Assembly: GCF_006345805.1 (NCBI RefSeq)
Contig: NC_043003.1
Location: forward strand, 84,692,001 to 84,756,000
Length of the DNA stretch: 64,000 bases
Reading direction: 5' to 3'
From: Octopus sinensis
Lineage: Eukaryota
Shown: positions 52,784-64,000 of the stretch, in pieces
Numbering within the stretch: the stretch's first letter is position 1
Layout: the number at the start of each line of letters is the position of its first letter
Program-made: the position numbers and the translations under genes
The notes under the pieces: generated by a model
The model's input: the letters and a program-made list of their open reading frames with translations, nothing else
Database searches by the model: none
Told to the model about the DNA's origin: nothing

Positions 52784-53150
52784 ATGTTGAAGTGGCTACG
52801 AAAGAGAAATTTTAGAACTAGCTTTTTAGCTTGTCGCAAAATCAGCGACTGTGTGTCGCTTGAATTTATACATATTAAGAGCAGCGACGAGCTGACTGCA
52901 ATCTCTAACAGACGAGGTGTCCAGTACTGATGAGAGGCAGAAATAGCCCGAAACCAGATTGTATGCTGTTCCTGTCGCTAGAAGGTAGTAGGGGTTCGTT
53001 CCCCTGCTCGCAATATATCGGAGGCAGCTGTGCATTGTTAACCAGATGGAAGAACAAGAAACTCCCGTGGTCGCCAGAGTAGTTTACTTGTACCTTGCAC
53101 AGTATAATGTCAACTTGTATCATTTACACCAAATGTGCAGGTGCCTGCAT
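52784..53150 (+). mobile_element. Penelope-like element 3' end: GIY-YIG-like C-terminal remnant plus terminal repeat
   Basis: A 48 aa ORF at 52784-52930 ends in LEFIHIKS...ISNRRG and runs directly into an HHR. Confidence 0.55.
52922..52968 (+). ncRNA. Type I hammerhead ribozyme, complete core, short stem III
   Basis: CAGTA-CTGATGA-G(A)GGC[AGAAATA]GCCC-GAA-AC[CAGATT]GT-A-TGCTG. Stem I has 5 bp (one G-U). Predicted GUA cleavage is after 52963. Confidence 0.65.
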
Positions 53151-53269
53151 TTCATTTAATCATTTACGGAAATTTGATATTTGTTTAATTTAGAGTGAAA
53201 CCACCAATAGTTCGGAAAAGCCAGTAATTCGGAAAGGCTTTAGAACTAAAATTTCCGTAATATTGATGT

Positions 53270-53324
<55 letters not shown>

Positions 53325-53451
53325 CTTTCCCTCTCCTTTTATCTCTCTCTTTCTCTCTCTCCTTTTCTCTCTTCCACTCTCTCTTTCTCTACGTCTGTGT
53401 ATGTGAGTGTGCGTGTATATCTGTGTGTATGTGTGTGTCTGTCCCCCCCCC

Positions 53452-53484
<33 letters not shown>

Positions 53485-53518
53485 GGTTTGGAGGTGATGT
53501 ACAGGTATTATATAGTAA

Positions 53519-53760
53519 AAAAAATAAGGTACTCAGAGATCTGGATGGCTGTACATTTACAGATTTTTATTACTATGTCACATGTTTTTATAAATTATAT
53601 ATAATAGCGCTTGCATCTACTCTAGCAGATTCTTCAGATTTGAAGATCTGAAGAATCTACTAGAGTAGATGCAAGCGCTAATACATGATTTATAAAAACA
53701 TGTGACATATTAATAAAAATCTGTAAATGTACAACCATCCAGATCTCTGAGTACCTTATT

Positions 53761-53764
<4 letters not shown>
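53519..53764. mobile_element. Long palindrome (about 120 bp arms, 6 nt loop), Penelope-like fold-back with HHR-like motif in each arm
   Basis: 53519-53639 is the reverse complement of 53646-53764 with few differences. The arm motif is CTGAAGA-ATCTAC[TAGA]GTAGAT-GCA-AGCGCT-A. Confidence 0.75.
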
Positions 53765-53794
<30 letters not shown>

Positions 53795-53799
<5 letters not shown>

Positions 53800-53962
53800 G
53801 ACGGGCTTCTTTCAGTTTCCGTCAACCAAATCCACTCACAAGCTTTGGTCGGCTCGAGGCTATAATAGAAGACATCTGTCCAAGGTGCCATGTAGTGGGA
53901 TTGAACTCTGAACCATGTGGTTGGGAAGCAAGCTTCTTACCGCACAGCCACCCACTCCTGCA
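53795..53962 (-). mobile_element. SINE family A 5' half
   Basis: Reverse complement of the family A head and first body segment. Confidence 0.85.
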
Positions 53963-53964
53963 AC

Positions 53965-54180
53965 TATGTATGTATATGCGCAGATTTGCATGCTTTGTTT
54001 TATGTATTTATTCTCATCCATATAGATACATATCTAGATATACTCATATATACTTAAATGATTAACTTCTGGAAAGTTTTACAGACTTTTACAGTTCCAG
54101 TGATAAAGTGGATCTGTAGTCTTCGAATCAGGTTTCTCCTTTCTGGTTTTGAGAAGCCTAATTTCTCAAGGTTGGTATGT
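53965..54180 (-). mobile_element. R4/Dong-like non-LTR retrotransposon 3' end
   Basis: Reads TNLEKLGFSKPERRNLIRRLQIHFITGTVKVCKTFQKLII* (stop at 54054-54056), then a short UTR ending in CATACATA. Confidence 0.6.
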
Positions 54181-54208
54181 AGGCAGTATGTAATGTATGT
54201 ATGTATGC

Positions 54209-54241
<33 letters not shown>

Positions 54242-55291
54242 TGTATGTATGTATGTATGTATGTATGTATGTATGCATGCATGCATGTATGCATGCATGT
54301 ATGTATGTATGTATGTATGTATGTATGTATGTATGTATGTATGTATGTATGTCCATTGAATCCACCATTTGGCTTTAAGGACTAGATCTATTCTATTTTG
54401 TATGTAAGCCAAAAGTTTTCATCAACGGATTTTATTGGATTGATCTATTTTTGGTTTTTATGTTTCACTGATTGCCAGAAGAAAGTTTTTCGATTAATTG
54501 CTTGGATAATCAGTCGACCTGAGGTTTTCATACAGTACTGTACAGTACAGAACAGTACAGTGCAGTACAGTACAGCAGAGCACAGTACAGCACTGGCAGC
54601 CGATACTGGCTAGTATGATTAAAACACATGTATCATGCTTTCGCTAACTGTCTTAGGTGCCTGTGTAGTCACGAGCAGACAAAGACACCCTTTCAGCACC
54701 CTCAGCAAATTTCAGGTTGCGACAGCTTGAGAGAAGGTGAGAGGGATGCACCAGCATCCAATTACTGTTCTATTGATTGTCACAGAGTAAAATGAATATG
54801 TGAAATGTCTAACGTACTTGTATTTAGTATTCTAAATATATCTGCTTTCTCTGGCAGTTATGTAAACAATTCGTTCATAACAAATAGATGTAAGACACAT
54901 GTTTATGAGGGCACACTTATTGTTGTAATCCGTTGGACGAAATGCTCGGTGACATTTTTCCCCGCTATGTATGTGTGTGTGTGTGTGGGGGGGGGTATGT
55001 GTGTGTGCGTGCGTGCGTTCACATACTGTCGAGGTCATCTTTGCCTTTCATCTTTCGGGGATGATAACATAAAGTGCCAGTCAAGGACTGCGGTCGATAT
55101 AATCGACTACACCTTCCTCACTCGCTGGACTTGTGCCAGAATTTGAAACAATGCTGTTGGAGTTCCAGGTCAGACCTAATTCAGTAAATTTATAATCAAA
55201 ATATCTTCAGCTCGTGTTCATCCCTACTTATCTTTTATGTAGTAAGATGGATAGTATAGTTTGAGCGTACTTTGGTTGCTATTCTTAATTC

Positions 55292-55878
55292 CTTATTGCC
55301 CACAAAGGGCTAAACATAGAGGGAACAAACAAGGACAGAGAAAGGGATTAAGTCGATTACATCGACCCCAGTGCGTAACTGGTACTTAATTTATCGACCC
55401 CAAAAGGATGAAAGGTAAAGTCGACTTCGGCAGAATTTGAACTCAGAACGTTAAAGACAGACGAAATACATATTTCTTTACTACCCACAAGGGGCTACAT
55501 ACAGAGGGGACAAAGAAGGACAGACAAATGGATTAAGTCGATCAGTGCGTAACTGGTACTTAATTTATCGACCCCGAAAGGATGAAAGGCAAAGTCGACA
55601 TCGGCGGAATTTGAACTCAGAACGTAACGGCAGACAAAATACCTATTTCTTAACTGCCCACAAGGGGCTAAGCATAGAGGGGACAAACAAGGACAGACAA
55701 ACGGATTAAGTCGATTATATCGACCCCAGTGCGTAACTGGTACTTAATTTATCGGCCCCGAAAGTATGAAAGGCAAAGTCGACATCGGCGGAATTTGAAC
55801 TCAGAACGTAATGGCAGACAAAATACGGCTACGCATTTCGCCCTGGCGTGCTAACGTTTCTGCCAGTTAGCCGCCTTT
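55292..55878 (-). mobile_element. SINE family B head-to-tail trimer
   Basis: One headed unit is followed by two headless ~180 bp units, joined at the GGG(T/C)AGT(A/T)AAGAAATA(G/T)GTATTT junction. Confidence 0.9.
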
Positions 55879-56207
55879 TTTTAGCAACTTTAGTTGCTAT
55901 TCTTACCAAACAGAGTGATTTCGGAGGGGCTCGTGATTGACTTAATGTTGTTATTTAGCTCGAAGTCAAGCATGATCGAGCAGACTTATGGCCACAAGCG
56001 ATCAAGCTTGTCCATCCCGCCTCTTTAGGATCTAGTGTAATTTGAAAGATATTCAGTTGTTATTTCAAGCAGATCGAGCGATTAAATATTTATTTTATTG
56101 CTGCTGGCAGTGGCAATCTGACACTGGCAATCAAACAGATTTAAACAGAATTATTCCCCTTGATTTCAAGAAAGTTATGTCCCATCTTAAAGCATCACAC
56201 TCTGTTT

Positions 56208-56614
56208 CTCTTTTTACTCTTTTACTTGTTTCAGTCATTTTGACTGCGGCCATGCTGGAGCACCGCCTTTAGTCGAGCAAATCGACCCCGGGACTTATTC
56301 TTTGTAAGCCCAGTACTTATTCTATCGGTCTCTTTTGCCGAACCGCTAAGTGATGGGGACGTAAACACACCGGCATCAGTTGTCAAGCAATGCTAGGGGG
56401 ACAAACACAGACACACAAACACACACATACACACATATATATACATATATACGACAGGCTTCTTTCAGTTTCCGTCTACCAAATCCACTCACAAGGCATC
56501 GGTTGGCCCGGGGCTGTAGCAGAAGACACTTGCCCAAGATGCCACGCAGTGGGACTGAACCCGGAACCATGTGGTTGGTTAGCAAGCTACTTACCACACA
56601 GCCACTCCTGCGCC
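56208..56614 (-). mobile_element. Full-length SINE family A
   Basis: Reverse complement from the GGCGCAGGAGTGGCTGTGTGG head to the GAGTAAAA tail. Confidence 0.93.
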
Positions 56615-57484
56615 TATCGGAAATATAGTTTTGATTTTACTTTCTCTTCCTGAAATACGTCCATTTGCTAAATTATTTTTGTAGTTAGTGAATTGCTCCA
56701 ACGTCATGCGAAATTTAGAATGTTGCCTGTGGTTCTTCTGACTTTTGGGATGCAAGTTGGCTCCACGGTTCAGAAATTCGTTTAACAGCGGGGCATCTTG
56801 TCTTCTATCAAAAGCTCGCAGATTGCTGTGACATTTAATAGACAGAAGCCTGAGTCGAAAATTGTCTGAATGAGTGTACCTCTTTCTTAAGGAAAGGATT
56901 AAATTAATCACCTGGTCGAATATCATTACCTGTTTCTTCAGTGATTTTACTGCAATCTGAAAATACTGACATACTCTGCAGCGGGTCATGAAAACTGCAT
57001 TTCCTTTTTGAGGGAGAGCGGGAGGGAGAGGAAAAGTGAGGGAGAGGAAAAGAGAAGGAGAGGAAAAGAGTGTGAGAGAGAGGGGAGAAAGTAAGAGTGG
57101 GAGAGCAAGAGTGAGAGAGAAAGTGGGAGTAAGAGAGATTAAGAAAGAGAAAGAGTGACAGAGAGACAGACAGACAGAGATAGAAAACGAAAGAGAATAA
57201 AACACAAAATACAAAATCAAAAACAGGGATACATTCATAAGTCATACACACACGTATCTTTTTATTATTTTACTTCTTTCTCTCATTCGACTGCGGCCAT
57301 GCTGGGACATCACTTTGGAACGAAGTATAAGAGGGGTTCTAATGGGAACCGCACCCACACTTTCAGTTACATTAGCAGATGTGATACCATTATACCATCG
57401 CCTCGTAGTACACTATACATACATAATACATACATACATAGATACATACATACATACATACATACATACACATATAATATATAT

Positions 57485-57721
57485 GGGGGTGTTCGGGATA
57501 AATGTGACAGTTTGCACAAAAGGAAAAGAAAACAGTATTCCATCCAAAAATAAAACTATCTTAAAAAATTTTTAAATATTAACAATAGGCGTAGGAGAGG
57601 CTGTGTGGTAAGTAGCTTGCTTACCAACCACATGGTTCCGGGTTCAGTCCCACATACATATATATATACATACATATATACATACATATATACATACATA
57701 TATACATACATATATATATAC

Positions 57722-57752
<31 letters not shown>

Positions 57753-58635
57753 ATATATGTGTGTGTGTGTCTCTGTGTGTGAGTGTGCGTGTGTTTGTGT
57801 GTCTGTGTTTGTCCCCCCAACATCACTTGACAACCAATGCTGGTGTGTTTACGTCCCCGTAACTTAATGGTTCGGCAAAAGACATCGATAGAATAAGTAC
57901 TAGGCTTACAAAGAATAAGTCCTGGGTTCGATTTGCTCGACTAAAGGCGGTGCTCCAGCATGGTCACAGTCACATGACTGAAACAAGTAAAAGAGTAAAG
58001 GAGTAGTCTATAGCTGGGAGTTAACACTAAACTCAAACTAGCCAGCCTCAGCTTCCATCATGGCCTCAGGACAGCTCCGAGTCCTGGCACATGTCTTCCG
58101 CGCTGAACACCTCCTTGATCTTGGCCACCAACTTGGCACCGGTGTTGCAGGACAGAGTGGTTGGCGTTTTTTCAACCGTACCCCACACATAGTAATCCAT
58201 TGGATTATAATCTGGGGGATTAAGAGGACAAAAATTGGTACTGGTGATGTAGAAATTCCCCGACAACCAATTCTGGCCTTTTCCGGAGATTTGGCAAGAA
58301 GCCGAATCCTGCTGCCACTCATATGGCCTTCCAGCAGCGATCCTCTCCACTCAGGGTTCGATCCCAATCACCAGCGGTTTCAGATGGCTGTCTGAATTGA
58401 GCGCAAGGCCTTCTTTAAAAATGTGAAAATGAATTCTGGCATACATTTTGGCACCCGGCGCAAATCATCAGATGGTTTCCAGACCTTCATCTGAACTAAC
58501 CTTTTCACAACTACAACATGAATCTTTATACTCTCCAACACAGCTGACTGTTCATTAATACATTAAGCTGTTCCTGAAAAAAAATTTAAAAGACACGTAA
58601 AAAAAAACATCGTCAAATTTAACCCGAACACCCAG
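57485..58635 (-). mobile_element. Internally deleted maT/DD37D-like Tc1/mariner element interrupted by a SINE
   Basis: TIR-like ends GGGTGTTCGGG(A/T)TAAAT(G/T)TGAC, with TA at the right end. Peptide RIAAGRPYEWQQDSA...PPDYNPMDYYVWG. Confidence 0.75.
57588..58003 (+). mobile_element. SINE family A nested in the Tc1/mariner element, with internal deletion
   Basis: The head is fused directly to the microsatellite tract; the 3' half and tail are intact. Confidence 0.88.
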
Positions 58636-58934
58636 TATATATGCACATTAGATCAACATTGTTGAATGCGGAGTCATCAATATTGCTAAGTGTAAGCGTC
58701 GGTGCGGAATCGTCGGTGACTTTCTGGCCAGTTATATGCCATACCCAGTAATATATTGCTCGACAATATTAAAATATAACCATTCTGTTGCTCTTCTGTG
58801 TGCTTTTTTTTTTTTTACATAAGGACAACTAGCAGATAATACAAACTACAAAGACACACACACACATTTTGTGTGTTTGCGTGTGTGTGTGTGTGCATGC
58901 ATATATTTATGCATTTATATATGTATGCATATAT

Positions 58935-59159
58935 GTTTTAGCCTTCAAATGACGCCACCCCACTGGCTAAGCGAACAAAGAGTGAGAGAAAGTTGCGGCG
59001 AAAGAGTACAGCAGGGATTGCCGCCACCCTCTGCCGGAGCCTGGTTGGGCTGTTAGGTGTTTTCGGTCAATAAACACTCACAACGCCCGGTCTGGGAATC
59101 GAAACCACGATCCTACAACCGCGAGTCCGCTGACCTAACCACTGGGCCATTGCGCCTCC
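58935..59159 (-). mobile_element. SINE family C (tRNA-Arg-like head)
   Basis: Minus strand reads GGAGGCGCAATGGCCCAGTGGTTAGG.CAGCGGACTCGCGG...GGTTTCGATTCCC; the anticodon region reads TCG. Confidence 0.88.
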
Positions 59160-59749
59160 GTATATGGATATATATATATATATATATATATGTGCTTTTA
59201 CATGCCGAAGACTACTTGGTGTAATTGATAATTATTCCAAATTAATTAATTTCACCCTTCATTGTTTACTCATAACCATATTCATCCCAGTAAATGACCA
59301 CAGCACTTTGTCTTGGCTACACGCGGGTGGGAAGGGACTGGTGACACAAGCTTTCATTCATACTTTGAATTTGGTGATACTAGCTGTGGCTTCTAGCTCG
59401 CTCTGATACTGAGTTGAGTTGGTGCCTTCTAGTATCTCAAAATTCAATATTCAATCATTCATGATTGTTTGTATCCTGCGCTGATGAAAGAAGAAGTCTG
59501 GGTAAGGTAGAGTTATCTAATTCTTACGCTTTCCTAAGACTTGATCTCGAAACGTACGTCCGTAGGTGACTTAAAACTGTATGATAGATTGCCGTTAATT
59601 CATTCTTTCTTGCCTGTTTATGTTTGCCTTTCAAATGCTGTGCCTTTACTGTGATCTCCCTTTTAGTAGAAGAAATAGCTATAATCTCTTTGACTGCTAT
59701 TTCTAAATTCGGTGTGTGGTAAGGCAATTCGTTGCTAAACCCTTAATTG

Positions 59750-59795
<46 letters not shown>

Positions 59796-59980
59796 TAGTT
59801 ATCGCCATACTAATATGGCAGCCTTATAAATATAAGACTAAAGCTGTCACTGATTAGCTCCATGAGGCCACTGCCTCAAGCTAGCTATTTGACACACAAA
59901 CTGCGTCCATTATAAACCTTCGAGAGACTTAGTAATTTTAATATTCCTATTATATATATATATGTGTGTGTGTGTGTGTA

Positions 59981-60460
59981 TCTTTATATATATAAAACTG
60001 AGAATGTGTGTCTGTCTGTCTGTCTGTCAGTCTGTTTCCCTAATACTTGAGAACTACACAACCAATTTCATTCAAATTTTACACGTGCCTTACTTAGGGT
60101 CCATGTAGTTTCATGGGCAAAAAAAAATGTTCAACTTCTTGCCTAGAGCGAGCCCATAGAAATAGCATATCTTCTCCACTATTTCAGTATTACGTGTTAA
60201 AAGTGAAACAAAAACATTTCTCTGTTTTATGTCAGATACTTTCACTTTAACAATAAAAATAATAATAACAATTGAATTATATGTAGTAAGTAATAATTAA
60301 AATCAAACTAAAGTATAATATTATCGTAACATAGCAAAAGTAAAAATATAGCAATTGGTATAAAATTGCATCAATGATTTGAACTTGAATCAGTGGTTTC
60401 ACATGAATGGGAATAAATAAAAAATAAAATTTAAGTGCAGAAATTGAATAGTCCAGATGG
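59981..60460 (+). mobile_element. 5' part of non-autonomous Helitron, family of 24963-26198
   Basis: A|TCTTTATATATATAAAACTGAGAATGTGTG(TCTG)n and a shared body; no 3' hairpin seen. Confidence 0.75.
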
Positions 60461-60512
60461 AGGTGTGCATGGCTTTTACATTAGATTATTTGCTAATTAG
60501 CTAGCATTAAGC

Positions 60513-60558
<46 letters not shown>

Positions 60559-60985
60559 AAATCCGTTCTGTCTGTCTGTCCGTGTGTCTTATAGGATCTC
60601 TGGCATCCTCCATCCAATTGCGCTCAAATTTGATATGTAGATACCAACGGTATCAGGGCGTGTATAAATCTTGAAAAAATTACAAAAATCGATTCCAGGT
60701 GAAAATGCGATCGATGAAGTGAATAAAATCGTTTTTCTTTGGAATAGAAAAAAAGTCTATCTTTATTTCTTCTTTTGCTGGTGTCTCAAATTTAGGTTAA
60801 ATCAGTGTTTTTCAAAGGGGAGGCCTATGGGACGGTTGGACAAGTTGATTTGAGAAAATTTGGTTTAAATGTTTGACAACTCAACACCGTCCATTGGAGG
60901 GGGACGTTTTGCTCGTGTATATATATATATATATATATATACAGTATACACACACGCACGCACACACAAACACACATACGCACGC

Positions 60986-61016
<31 letters not shown>

Positions 61017-61022
61017 TACGCA

Positions 61023-61056
<34 letters not shown>

Positions 61057-61062
61057 TACGCA

Positions 61063-61093
<31 letters not shown>

Positions 61094-61096
61094 GCA

Positions 61097-61177
<81 letters not shown>

Positions 61178-61181
61178 GGGT

Positions 61182-61471
61182 GGGGGCGCAATGGCCCAGT
61201 GGTTAGGGCACACGGTCGTAGGATCGTGGTTTTGATTCTCAGACCGGGTGTTGTGAGTGTTTATTGAAAGAAAACACCTAAAAAGCTCCACGACGCTTCG
61301 GCAGGGGCGATCCTTGCTGTACCCTTTCGCCGCAGCTTTCTCTCACTCTTTCTTTTGTTGGCCTGCTTGCTTAGCCAGCGGGGTGGCGTCATTTTGAAGG
61401 CTAAAACAATGCGAAGCGCATTGTAACCAGCGATGTGTAGCAACATCTGATAACCTGGTCGGTCACGTGAT
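61182..61471 (+). mobile_element. SINE family C, near full length
   Basis: tRNA head, body and GGTCGGTCACGTGAT end. Confidence 0.88.
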
Positions 61472-61925
61472 ATATATATATAGTCGTTTTAGCATTAGTA
61501 TAAGTGAACTAACAAGAGAAGTGAGACAAATATTTTGATATCCGTCCCATGTTGTCCTTTCTTTTCTCCATATCTCGCACCTCCCATCTCCTAACTATAA
61601 CCTTCACCCGCCTTTCTGCATTTGTTAACTTACCCATGACCTTCCTCTCTCAGTTGACCGAGAATATCTTTAGTTGAGCATAGTTGAGGGCAAACGCATA
61701 ACAACGGTCACTCAACAAACTAGAAATAGGTTCCTGTTCTTGCTGAAATTAGGCAGCTGCCTTCTGTAAACGTGGAGGATACATTGTGATAAGCTGTCTA
61801 AAAGCAAGACAAGATGATCGTGAATAGGATACTTTTGATCATAGAGGTTTGTTTGATCAGAATTGGCCAAGGGCTAAACAACCATCAACTACAAAACTAG
61901 AACACAGAATAAACGCTGGCTGATC

Positions 61926-62120
61926 TAGATGTAAATATTCTAGTTAAGAAGCAGAACACAGACTAAACGTTGTTTAAGTAGATCTAAATATTTTGTTCAG
62001 AACCTGATGAACACGGAATTAAACTCTTGTTTACGTAGATATAAATATTCTGTTCAAAACATGTGAACACAGACCAAACCTAGTGAACACGGAATAAACT
62101 TTGGTTTACGTAGATGTAAG
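61926..62120. repeat. Diverged minisatellite, about 52-75 bp units
   Basis: TAGAT.TAAATATT.T recurs at ~61926, 61978 and 62036, with a partial copy at ~62111; GAACAC.GA..AAAC motifs lie between. Confidence 0.6.
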
Positions 62121-62838
62121 TATGTATAATAAAAAATTGATAGCAGGTTTTGAATTAGGTTCCAATTTGAAGCTCAGCCATTTATTCAAAACGACTATTT
62201 CACTTTCTCTATGTGTGAAATCAGTAAATGACTAGATTTAGAACACGCTCCTTAGGCACTAGAATGAGTTCAAATCTCAAAAGTGTTAACTTCGCTTTTG
62301 CTACCACGTTGGAAATGAGTAGAGTGAAAGAACATTGATAAAACAGTACCAGTAATATAAACAAATCTATTCAATAAAGCATATTCTCTACCCAAATGTA
62401 GCGAGCTGTTAGAGTTATTAGAACAACAAACAGAATGCCTTTCGGTATTCATTCATTTTCTGTGAGTTCAAATCCCGCCAAGGTCAACTTTGTCTTTCAG
62501 CCTTTCGGGGGTCTATAACTAAAGTATTAATTCTAAGGAATAGTTCGAGTCTTCTCCTTCTCTTTTCCATGCCGGTTCTCTGTTTGTCTCCCAAGAGGAA
62601 ATCGACTGAATTCTGCTTGGAAAAGGACAGGCTCGGTTAGTTATAAAAATACACAAGGAGGAAACAAATTAGAGGAAATCTGATTAAACGACACAATATT
62701 TATTTACTTTTTTTCCCATGCAGAGACATAGCGGTGTGGTTAAAAGGCTCGCTTTGCAACTGTGTGGTTTGGGGTTAACTCCCAAAGTGCGGCCTTTTAG
62801 GCCAGTATCTTTTACAATAGCCTCAGGCAGACCAATGC

Positions 62839-62905
<67 letters not shown>

Positions 62906-62934
62906 CGTATATGTACCTGGAGGACATTTGTTCT

Positions 62935-63530
62935 AAGCCACTTTGACTATTGCTTTCAGTTATGGTCACCATCCAGTGTCAAGTTAATCACAGAACTTGA
63001 GGCGATCCAACGAAGCTACACGAAGAAAATAGCCTCTGTGCAGCATATAAGCTACTGGGAAAGACTCAAGAGATTAAGACTCTATTCCTTTGAGCGTAGG
63101 CGAGAAAGATATGCCATAATATACATCTGGAAGATCCTAGAAGGACTTGTCCCAAACTTTGGCGTCGAGAGTTACACAAATACTAGAACTGGGCGCCACT
63201 GCATAGTGCCAAAGACTCCAAATTTGCCACCAAGATGTAGGACAAGATACTGTGATAGCCTGGGCTTCAGAGGCCCATAGCTCTTCAATATCCTCCCGAA
63301 GGATCTGAGAGACCTGCATGGGGTGAATGCAGATGTCTTTAAAATAAAACTGGATCTCTTCCTGTCAGGTGTCCCAGATGAACCAACTTCACGGCAGGAG
63401 GTACAGATGAGGGCAGCTGCATCGAACTCTCTCATGCACCAAATGGCAATTGCTAAAAAGCATTCGTGAAGTAAAATCATGTAGCAACACCAAATGGCGG
63501 TGCCCCAGCATGACCACAGCTCGTGAGATG
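62935..63530 (+). mobile_element. CR1/L2-group LINE 3' end with 3' UTR
   Basis: Reads FDYCFQLWSP...LEAIQRSYT...YWERLKRLRLYSFERRRERYAIIYIWKILEGLVPNFG...KLDLFLSGVPDEP. The UTR ends in GGCGGTGCCCCAGCATGACCACAG. Confidence 0.92.
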
Positions 63531-63569
63531 ATACTAGATAAAATTTTTTAAAAAATACGTGTGTTCATA

Positions 63570-63860
63570 TATATGTATGCATATGTGGGCACAGGATGTC
63601 ATGAAACGTGTACAGAAAAAAAAAAGAAGTACGAGTACAGGGAATATGAACTATTTTTCGAACAACGAAAGAGACAAATGGAAATGCTCGAAATACGAGA
63701 GTAGAAAAACAGCCAATAACTGATGAAGAGTTGTTCTTTATGTTGTTTGTCTTGTTTTCCATTTGTGTCTTTCGTTGTTCGAAAAAGTAGTTCATATTCC
63801 ATGTACTTATACTTCATATTTCTTGTACACGTAATTGAATGCTACGCATCCTACTCCAAG
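63570..63860. mobile_element. Penelope-like inverted terminal structure
   Basis: 63606-63684 is inverted at 63756-63832. The sequence is related to the 31499-32620 repeats. Confidence 0.7.
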
Positions 63861-64000
63861 TAAGTTATATATATGTGTGTGTGTGTGCGCGCGCGGTGTT
63901 TGTGTGTGTGTGTATGTACGTATGTATGTATGTATATATTCGACCTAAATGGATCTGATTAATATTATTTGAGATGTATAGAAATATATTTCGATAGTTG

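Noticed and set aside
54533-54597. (CAGTA)n-like pentamer run
   Set aside because: It is a short degenerate simple repeat with no further structure.
55292-55878. CRISPR-like periodicity
   Set aside because: The units are ~180 bp SINE bodies without unique spacers, in a eukaryotic context with no cas genes.
56591-57238. 215 aa ORF, the longest in the window
   Set aside because: It is a chimeric read-through of a (GA)-rich tract, anonymous sequence and a SINE head, with no domain.

Overview
This is AT-rich, repeat-saturated eukaryotic non-coding DNA, intergenic or deep intronic. The SINE, LINE and microsatellite content points to an octopus genome; that assignment is inferred from repeat-family recognition, not tested. 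I cannot support any host protein-coding exon, intact rRNA or tRNA gene, or CRISPR array, and nearly all ORFs in the track are translations of microsatellites. The window holds at least five short interspersed families (four with tRNA-derived heads), 3' fragments of CR1-like, RTE, HERO-like and R4/Dong-like non-LTR retrotransposons, and Penelope-like (PLE) terminal repeats. It also holds Tc1/mariner, pogo/Tigger and Chapaev3 DNA transposon derivatives, several with intact termini, and non-autonomous Helitrons. The most notable signal is a cluster of hammerhead ribozyme (HHR) motifs in PLE-like termini. Two have complete cores (31282-31328 and 52922-52968). Others sit in long fold-back palindromes, one with a variant GCAA core in both arms, and one repeat group has the two core halves in reversed order. 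Other points of interest are an R4-like element apparently tied to (CATA)n microsatellites, SINE concatemers with a recurrent junction, a shared SINE/LINE 3' tail and many inverted duplications. Approximate repeat boundaries were read by eye.
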